Shown here in pieces: positions 54,445 to 64,000 of a stretch of DNA of 64,000 nucleotides. The notes beneath the pieces are model-generated. The model had not been told where the DNA came from. It worked only from the letters and a program-made list of their open reading frames with translations, and searched no databases. Made by a program: the position numbers and the translations under genes. The stretch lies in NCBI GenBank assembly GCA_964035545.1, contig OZ037765.1:26659504-26723503 (forward strand). Reading direction: 5' to 3'. This DNA is from Bugula neritina (taxonomy: Eukaryota > Animalia > Bryozoa). Numbering within the stretch: position 1 is the stretch's first letter; every line of letters starts with the position of its first letter.

Positions 54445-54475
54445 ATATGATTATGATTATGATTATGATTATGAT
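54445..54475. repeat. (ATTATG)n hexamer repeat
   Basis: atatgattatgattatgattatgattatgat. Confidence 0.9.
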
Positions 54476-55539
54476 AGACAGGAAGAAATAATTTGGAAAT
54501 CAGGCAAGAAATTTTAATCTCTTGCAAAAATGTGTTACTTCATTGTCAGTATGATATTATACAGTCAGAACACTTTAACAATTATTCGTATGGAATGAAG
54601 TAGTGTTATGTCATTATACTACTAGTATATTTTAGTTTGATGTAGATTATTCATGAATAACAACTTGAAGTTATCTCCCACTGTCTCCACTGCCAACCAC
54701 TCCACTCTGTTGAATGCAGCAGGGTCCAGACCTCACTTCTAGCCAAGTGTTACTTTTCTTGTTTACACACATAAGTACAGTTATGCTGCTCAGTCTCCAG
54801 AAGTTTAGCATACAGCTGCCTACTTCAAGCTTATCGAGACGCTCTGCTCTGTATGCAGTATGCTTACATTATCGCGGAATTTCAACTTATACAATGGGAG
54901 GAGGGGAGTAGACGCTGGCGAAAATACGAAAGAAATGAAATAACTTTAGCTACCTTGGAATATCAAATACTGGGCCTTTGAATCTATTGCCTTATTGTTT
55001 GTTAGTGTCAACATTCTTGTAACTGATATACAACGTATATGGTCTTATTTCAACCTTAAGTTGAAACCCATAAATCACCAGCTTTGAAAATCTTTACGTC
55101 TATAAATATTGTTTTGGACGTTTGAACTTGAGCTCAGCATCCTAATCATAAACTGTCAGTGGTTGTTACATTTATCATGTCATACTCCAAGTGGCCACAG
55201 CTAGTTAGGGATGTCACGGGTACAAACACTCTTGATCAATGACGTAAGGCAAAATGAAGCAATAAACAGTTGAATATTCAATTATGATTTGTAAAAACAT
55301 TTATTCCAGGAAATAGGCACGTGTTTACTGTTTATGATTGTGATTGGCCATTATATTATTATCAATAGATTCTAGTTATGTCAAACCTAATAGTTCAGCT
55401 TAAATTTTTCGGTAATTTAAATTTTTTTATTTTATACAAATAGGTGTCTTTTGTTCTAAAATAATAACCGGTCTTGCAAAAAACTGATGTCACAAATATC
55501 TGAAAACACAATGCATTTATTTACGCATAACTTCAATGA

Positions 55540-55830
55540 TTTTATAGTCATTAGTTGCGCAATTCTGGTTGATTCATGACACCTCTATTGTGATTATCAA
55601 GGGAAGCCTAGATTTTGTTCAGTCACGTGATCTCAGCTTATTTCAAAGCTTGACACGCTATAAGCAATGAAACGCAGCTGTCCTCGGCATTTGCATACTA
55701 GACGCGTTGGTTTAAAGGAAGGCTTTTGTATAGGGAAGTTTCTTTATATAGTATAATAGATTTCTTTTATTTAAAGTTTTATTTCATAATTTAGTGTAAA
55801 CAGACCTATAGATTTTATACTAGAGTAAGT
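55540..55830 (+). promoter_or_regulatory. Probable promoter and non-coding first exon of the cysteine-desulfurase-like gene
   Basis: Local CpG enrichment, E-box GTCACGTGAT at 55622, donor A|GTAAGT at ~55825, and an acceptor just before the ATG exon. Confidence 0.4.
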
Positions 55831-56206
55831 ATAAGTTAGTTATTTATAGTATCTGCTGTGCATAGATATCAATATTCTGTTAGATAAAATATTTACTTTT
55901 GTTATAACAATGCCGATGTTAATTATCTTTGAATGCTGCTAAGCTTATAAAGATTATTGTATGTACATTTGTGTATTAACTATTGATCTGCCAATTGTTT
56001 TAACGTGCTTATGTGATTGTCTACCAGTTATTTTCATAGATTTTGTGGATCATTGTTAATGCTACAGTATGATTTGTGGTACCCCTAATTTCCATTATTC
56101 TTTGCACAACTGTCCTTCAAAAATAAGCTGAAACTGATTGCTTTTAAATTTCTTGTATAAAAACCATTTTATTTGCATTTATAGCAGATTTTATAGGAGC
56201 AGCAAA

Positions 56207-59200
56207 ATGGGTGGGAACTCATCTAAACCCCCCAAGTATATTGTTAATCACAATGGTGAAGCTACGGCTAAGCTAGACAAGTCGTACTCTCAGCTTATGG
56301 AATATGTCCACGACAATGTGATTGGAGAAGGAGTGATCTTTGATGGGCCATATGGAAAAAGAGCAGGTGAGTTATACAATACTTGCTAACTTACCCATAA
56401 GCTTTATGCCTGCTTTTCTTCCTAATTGGACTCTCGAAATAGCACTATTTGACATTGGCTTTAAGAGTTGGAAAATTTTATTGGTCATGCCAAACATAGT
56501 TAAATGAATTTCTCTCAGATATCTCTCACCAGGAAACAAATTGCCTCAGCATGCCAAACTTATTCGGCCTATAGTAATGCAAATAGCTTATATTTGACAG
56601 CCATAGAGGCGTAGCATCAATCAAGAGAAAGTCATTTGGGCACCATTGCAAGTTTTGTGGGCTTTGGGATTTTTTATAGACTAGAATTTATATTATCTCT
56701 GCTATGCAACTTTGTATCTTGCATTATATTACTTATAATAGTTTAAAACTAGATATCAGAAGTGGCTACAACCAATGTTGTAAATATTTAGTTCTTACAC
56801 TCTATCCACATGGCTAGAACTGATGTATATATTTCACAGAACTAGCTCAACACTGTCATTATGATATGATGTGTTTTGATGCACTTCTTTTTTTATTGCA
56901 GTTGTTTATTGTGACTACACGGCTTCAGGAAGGTTGGTGCCAATCACAACTCTATGATAACAAAAGTCTTTCTATAAATATCTCTAGTTGAATGAATCAT
57001 TGCTGACCTACAACATACCACAAATCCGTAACACAGTTTGTTTTCGAATAGTATTCTGTATTATTCAACTGTGAAGAAATTATTTTCCGGTGGTGAATTG
57101 TATTCTGCTTAGGTAGACTGATGTATGTACGAGCTCAAGAGTTAATGAGCCGTAGCTATTAGTTTATTCAAGTGTGACTGTTGATATCTTATACTGACGA
57201 CATTACATGACTGGTGGTGTCCACCAGTACCAGCCATGCTGACTATTATACAGCAATTTTCTAGAATGCTTTGTTAGAAACAACAATTATTGCAAGTCTA
57301 ACAATTTGTAGAAACTTTTAAACTAACAAACTTAGCAAATATTTGTCAATCTATTCAGACATGCTAAAAAAACTATTCAAAATATTTGGCATTACTGTCT
57401 TTAAACCGTGGCTGGCCTAGTTTTAAATGTTTACCAATATGGCTCTGTGAGTTACAATGGCTCTGTGAAAGTATTTAGATAGATGCGTGCCTGTATGCAA
57501 ATATCGTAAAAAGTTCACTACTGTCAACCACTCATTTTCACTGATTTATATTCACCACATGACAAGCTTGTGCATAACATTCAGCTCAAACTAAATCAAA
57601 GAGAATAGCTGAAATAGTTCACTCAGTGGTTGATGATATTTCTGGTTTACAGCCAGTAGATGAGAATGGGGACATATTGTACTGCTAGTGGAAACTTTTG
57701 TAGTCATTGAACTGTACTGAAAACTATTGTCAACATCTCTTTATGGCCAGGTTATATAATCTTAGTGATGTTAGTCTGATAAATGATAAATTAGTTATAT
57801 GCCAAGCTTGATAACATAAACATTCAACTGTAAAGCTAACATCCAGCCCCTAGCCCAAAATAGTGCTGACTACTTAGTTTAATGCAATACTATATTTTTC
57901 TTTGGCAGACCCTTGAGGTGCATTGAGGACTACATATCCAAGTACGTGTACACTTACTACGCCAACACTCACACAACCACCTGCATCACAGCACAGCAAA
58001 CCACACAGTTTAGACAAGATGCCAAGTGAGTCATCAACTGTTACGTCAACCTATCTTCTCTCAAAACAGCATTTTAATGGCAGCCTTCAATACAAACACT
58101 TTATATAATGAATGACAATGAAGTGATTGAAGGCCAATGAATTTGTACAATAGACTTTTTACAGTCCCACGTGTACATCATTCAACTAGTTTGGTAGATG
58201 TTGACAATATTTTATAGATTCTTCCGTTTCAATGTTTAAGTCACTTACGGACTTGCACTGATTGCATGCTATCTGATTACGTGAAACTATTATACTCATA
58301 TTTGCTGATGCAGTAACTTTCCCGCAAGATAGCGAAACATGCAACACAATAAAGGCAACCAAATAGTGTGTCGGTGGAAAAATGAGAAAGCAGATTGCAT
58401 GGCTCAGCAAATTTGTTAGAAAAAGTTTTTATGTTTATTCTGTGTGTCAAGTTGTTGATTATATTTATCAGCCATGAGTGTTGCATGTTTTACGTAAAGC
58501 AAGAGATAAGGGAACGCAACCATCATGCAGTACGTGATTGGGTAGTAAACTTGCTCTCAGACTAGTTGGTCATGACTACTGATACAGTGTTGTCCTCACC
58601 ACCCCCATTCGAGTCATGATGACGACTCTGGGTATCTTAGTGATGATAGTGCTAGCTTTTTGATACCCAACAATCTCTTTGTAGGCCATTTTCAATCTTT
58701 AAAATATTTAATGAAAAAACTAATTTTTGTTGTTGATGCAGTAGTGGAGAATTTTTAATGACTTAAGCTCTTCAATTTCTTCATGAAATTTGATTTGAGG
58801 AAAATCCACGAAGACATAACTTCTTTTGCTACAGCTTTAATCTAGAACACAGGCTTTTCTGAATTTCTGCGTTACTGCACCTACCTTTAGTTTACTCTTT
58901 TTTAAATTTTATTCAGCCTCTGATCTCTTATTTTCTCCAGGAAGATGATAAAGAAAGCAGTGAATGCTTCAGAAGATGACGTGGTTATATTCACAGGCAG
59001 TGGCACCACTGGTGCTATACACAAGCTTATAGGAGTCTTACAGCTACAGGAAAACAGCAAGAAAACTGTAAGAATCATGATTCCTGAACACAATTTCAAT
59101 GATACAATCCTGTATTTCTACTAGTATATCAGCAATGCTGTATTTGAGATTTCCTTTATGTTATTTTATAAATTTATCTTGTAGGTAGTGTTTATCAGTC

Positions 59201-62200
59201 CGTTTGAGCACCATTCAAATATTTTACCATGGGAAGAGTGTGGAGCAGAAGTGGTGAGAATACCAGAAAGTTCTAGAGGAACGCTTGACATTCAGGCTCT
59301 TGAAGATAAACTGAAAGTAAGCTAAACTGGTGACACATAATCATATGTTACTAGAAAAATCTTGTGAGTTGCATCAGTTGGGTGAAATTTTCATGTTACA
59401 TCATAAAAGATATATAAAGAAGGAAAAAAAAGTAAGCTGCGTTCTTATTTTAGCGAACAAAACAGACAATACAAAACACATTGTCAATATTATAGCTTGT
59501 CTACCATGTATTATCATTGCTGTCACCCATTTCAGCAATATTTATACTCACCCTAATAGATTACTGTTTCTTATACCCGAGACTAATTGGTAGCCACAAT
59601 TGTTACCTTCTGTAGGTTATAAAAATTTATTTCACATTTATATGGTGGTGATCTTGTTGGGTGACCACTACAGTAAAGATTTATATTTGTTTTGAAAAAA
59701 TTCAAATTTTGAGAGATCATGCTATAAACTTTATCTTTCCTTCAAAAATAAGTTCAAGGGCTTTCATGTGTGTCTAAGGAGCTACGAAAGATTGAATCAA
59801 CTGACATGGCTGAATGGACTTTTCCTTTTGCAGTTTCAATAGGCACAATAATATGGAAAGTTTATAATATTTGTATTGGCATTTTACAGAGCAATAATGG
59901 TGACTATGAAGTCATTGTGTTGCCACATAAACATATCTCTTGATGGTAGAGAGGGAAGTTGGCATTCCCTTCTTTCAGCAATGGGGGAATTTTTAGGTCA
60001 TACTAGTTTTCTGTACACTCTGATATGTAAAGACACAGGGCTTTGAATCATGGTCTATTTGTATTATCTTAATTGCAGGGAAAGAATTATAAGAAATATT
60101 TGACTTGTGTCCTTCATTGGTTATTAACACTACTAGACAATCAAATCCAACAAGTTACTGCTTAGTAACTTGTTGGAAAAAATGGATGAAAAACCAGTTA
60201 TCGTAGTCTATTGTTATCAATCGATTATGTTGTCTTTTTCACAGCTTTGGTTTCCCATTCTGCAATGGTTAGATAAGGCAGTTGTTAATCTTGCTGTTAG
60301 TTTTCCTCCTTGCTCTGATACACTATGCCTGATGAAGCTGCAGCAAAAGACAAAGTCATTCAACTACGTTAATTTATATTAAGCTTCAGTAGTTCATTAG
60401 GTTGTATGACATTGTTGTAAAAGTGGCTCACTGGAGATGTGTTCATTCTTTTAGATCACACCTAATCATCTTGTAAACTGAGTAGATTTCTTTTTGTTGT
60501 CTCTCTAGCATTGCTTTAGCATCTCTATAGCATTAATCTAGCATCTCTTTAGCATTGCTTTAGCCTATGTGTGTTTTTCAAATCTAGTTGGGCAACTGGT
60601 CTAAACCAGAGAAACTATATGGTACACAATTTTATATTTATAATTATATTTGAGATGATGTATCTAATGGAATAGTTGCTGAAAACAATGCAATGCAATA
60701 CAATGCAATGTTCTATTCATGCTGATATGCCCTACAGAACAAAATAACCCGTGAATTATCTTCTTTATTAAAACCTATACTAAATCTACATTTTGTAGAA
60801 GTACAAGGAGAAGGGAATGCAGATGATTGCCTCCTTCAGTGCTGCAAGTAACATCACTGGAATCATCACTGATACTGTAACTGTGTCCGAGCTGTGCCAT
60901 AAATATGGCGCTCTCTCCTTCTGGGATTACGCTACTGCAGCTCCTTATTTGGATATCAATATGAATGCATCAGATACAGGGTAGGTGTGATTGAATAAAA
61001 TTAAACTTGAATAGGTTTAACTCTATCAAATAGTTTGGATGGCACAATGTTTCTCTTGGGAATGTTATTCTAATCTTGGCATTGGTGTGGCAGACTCATT
61101 AAAATGTACTTGTTTGGATGTAATATATTGCATTATGTTGATGTGATATTTCACTCAGCTGTGTTCAGCAATAAATATAATGGTTAATTCATTTTCCATT
61201 AAGCTAATATGTATGTCCTTCACATTTTGTGGCATATACAACGTTTATTATAGTTGATAGATTGATTCTCTTTACAGATCATATAGTTTGGCTGATAGTT
61301 AGAGAGATCAAACTGACCAACATTTCATATGCATTTTGTATTAAACTTTTTAATATTCACCTATTATTAATCATATCTACAAATATGTATTGAAATATCT
61401 CTAATCTTTGTTTACTTTGTAAAGGTATAAAGATGCCATATTCGTTTCACCACACAAGTTTGTCGGTGGTCCTGGATCTCCAGGTATACTGATAGCAAAG
61501 AAATCTCTGTTCACCAATGCTGTGCCCCATGGAGCTGGTGGTGGTACTGTATTATATGTAAGCATATGCTGGTAATCAACTTGAATTAATGATTTAGAAA
61601 CTCTCAAGTGGAAAGGAATGCATCGCTTACATTTAACAGGCAATATACGCAATATACGTCACATTTTTGAATTGTAAAAGCCACAACTTTGACATTTTCA
61701 AAAGTTTTCTGTCAAATTAAAGTAGATATACTTTATTTACTGGCAAAATAGAATCCGTAACATGACCTAGAAAATCTCAAAGTAGTGACTTAAAATTAAG
61801 GTTTGTTTACTGATTTGTCCTGCAGGTAATCAAAGGAAAACATGTTTATGTTGACGACATAGAAAGTAGAGAAGAAGGCGGGACACCAGCAATCATCGAG
61901 TCTATAAGAGCAGGCCTATGCTTTCAACTCAAACAAGTAAACATTTGTTTCAATATATTTTGCAGCTAATTGACCTGTTTTTCATTTGCTTTCATGAAAG
62001 AGTTGGCAGTTAAAAAGATTCATGATAACATTCATTGTGATTATGCATTACCCTTGGTGTCATTATTGTTGTTAAACATCAACTTATTAACGGACAGTTG
62101 ATTGATATTTGTTTTGACAAAAAAAGCATTAAGGGATGATTAAATATTTAGGTAAAATTTCACAAAATATATCTATTGACTATAAGCAAAATAAGTCATG

Positions 62201-63651
62201 TCTAATCATATATCACTAGAAGTTGAAGTAATTGTGATTCAGTAGGCTCATTACGTAGATTGTGTAGGTTCACTCCAATTAGCTTAACGTTATGCTCATA
62301 CTGACTGGGTATCTAATTACTTGTTTGAAGGACATTGGGCCAAAGGCTATTGAGGACAGAGAAGAGATTCTGTACCAAAAGGCTAGAGCTCATTGGACGC
62401 AGTTACCCAACATGGTTATTCTGGGGACGGGTGGTGTTAAGCGGCTTCCGATATTTTCATTCATTGTACGGTGAGAAATTCAGATATAAATAAGGAAAGA
62501 GTATAAATTCTACATTATTCATTTTTACTGTCAATTGATTGTAGGTATTTTGCATATTTTATGAGATTTATTCTGCTTATTTTTAGATACTACAACAATC
62601 AGTCTAAGTATCTTCACCACAACTTCCTGGCCATCCTACTGAATGATATGTTTGGAATACAGGCTAGAGGTGGTTGTGCATGTGCTGGACCCTATGCTGA
62701 AGTAAGCGTTGGCTCATTTGCTCTATTTATTTTCAATTTTAGTGAATATATTTTATGATACTAAAATTTTTGCAACATTTTTCCTTTACAATTTAATAAG
62801 GTTACACAGCATTCAAATACATAAACTCTTTTAACCTTACAGGGTAGTACACTTAAAATTTGTCCAATAGCTATTTTAACTAGCTGGATATCTTGTAGGG
62901 GCTTCTTGGAATAAATGGAAAAGATTTCACAGTTTTCCTTCAAAGCTCAAATTCAGACGACTCTCAAAACAGGTAAGTTGATGCAAAGAGATGTGTGATA
63001 TTGCTATTGCTGTGAAGTTGTGTATTCTTCATAGAAATGGTAGTTGTCTACTCATTTTAATGCTATCATAATTGTATTCGTTGTTCACAGAAGAGATTCG
63101 GCTAAAGTTGAAGCCCTTGTTAGTCAGTTTAATAGACTGAGTAGCACACTAGATCCTGAGCGGTAGGTAACACCAACCCTATATGTTCTGATGCCTGCTG
63201 TCTCCTCTATAGCTCACTAACAACTGCATGTTGTATTGCGGTTCTATCTAGTGGCTGAGTAACTAATTCATACTGACCTTGTAGCTGCATTGTCTCTTAG
63301 CCTCTACTAAGAAAGACAACCTGCAGACCTTAACTTAGTTTATGTAGATATAATTAGACCATTTGATGAGCTATAAATTTTATTTTCATTTTATAATTCT
63401 TATATGTGTCACAGCTTTATATAATAGTGTTGCTTTTAGAAACTTTTAGAAACTTAGATGGCTTTTAGTGAAATGCTGGTGGCTCTTAGTGCATGTAGTG
63501 TTTTGTGTGCTAGCTAACTCTCGTTATTCTATTGTACATAACTTTTACTATTCAATTCATTTTTATCCAATAGTGAAGCAGATTATGAGCAGAAATCACA
63601 AGAGAAAACTTCAGAAAGTAGTCCAAATCCAACTCGGTTAGAAATAATGAA
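56207..63651 (+). CDS. Class-V PLP-dependent aminotransferase / cysteine-desulfurase-like protein (continues beyond the window)
   Basis: Exons 56207-56366, 56902-56932, 57909-58025, 58941-59067, 59185-59316, 60799-60980, 61425-61557, 61826-61936, 62331-62470, 62587-62701, 62899-62972, 63091-63162, 63574-63651. Motifs YCDYTASGR, YANTH, FTGSGTTGA, EHHSN, SAASNITG, WDYA, SPHKF (PLP lysine), EEGGTP, RGGCACAGPY (candidate catalytic Cys). Confidence 0.92.
58735..58890. mobile_element. MITE copy (family of 25011-25190)
   Basis: gatgcagtagtggagaatt...ttcttttgctacag...aatctagaacacaggcttttctgaatttctgcgttactgcacc. Confidence 0.65.
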
Positions 63652-63694
63652 GTGAGTGTTGCATTAGTGTCTATACTATACTGTACTTACCACA

Positions 63695-63862
63695 TGTCAG
63701 TGTTGACGAGTCATATATTCCAGTGTTGAATCATATTATATGTTTGTGTTGAGTCATATATGTTAGTGTTGAATCATATATGTCAATGTTGAGTCATATA
63801 TAATGTTAGCATTAAGTCATATATGTTTGTGTTGAGTCCTATATGTTAGTGTTGAGTCATAT
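63695..63862. repeat. ~20-bp degenerate minisatellite, about 8 units
   Basis: Unit gtgttgagtcatatatgtta. Confidence 0.85.
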
Positions 63863-64000
63863 TCTGGTAACAAGTGTTAATGATTTAGATGACAATCTAC
63901 ATCTTTTTATTTATCAACTCGTTTAAAAAAAGTGATCAGAAATAATTTGAAAAAATACTATTGCGAACTGAACCTTAATAGCCCAACTCAGATAGTACAC

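Noticed and set aside
4079-63651. Metabolic gene cluster (G6PT x3, SLC13, desulfurase)
   Set aside because: No shared pathway or co-regulation evidence; the genes are separated by an unrelated gene and lie in different orientations.
56207-63651. Recent bacterial horizontal transfer or contamination of the desulfurase gene
   Set aside because: It has many spliceosomal introns and host-like composition; any transfer would be ancient and needs a phylogeny.

Overview
AT-rich, intron-containing animal genomic DNA. It is an invertebrate; a lophotrochozoan such as a bryozoan is my guess, not demonstrated. All exon models were assembled by hand from GT-AG sites and reading-frame phase. Left to right: (1) the 3' end of a + strand gene with a Ser/Pro/Thr-rich tail; (2) three tandem minus-strand paralogues of the ER glucose-6-phosphate/Pi exchanger SLC37A4 (G6PT), with matching exon architecture but different predicted substrate-pocket residues; (3) a large minus-strand nuclear-protein gene (C2H2 fingers at both ends, AT-hook, Lys-rich tract, ~15 exons) that may be two transcription units; (4) a 2.8-kb Sola2-type DNA transposon derivative that is almost entirely a palindrome, with two inverted transposase fragments; (5) a complete SLC13/INDY-type Na+/carboxylate cotransporter; (6) the 5' part of a class-V PLP cysteine-desulfurase-like gene with an N-myristoylation-like start. 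Introns hold a hAT (Charlie/Buster-like) relic with a nested MITE, a tRNA-derived SINE family, two further MITE families and several mini/microsatellites. I found no prokaryotic-type system (CRISPR, operon, defence island).
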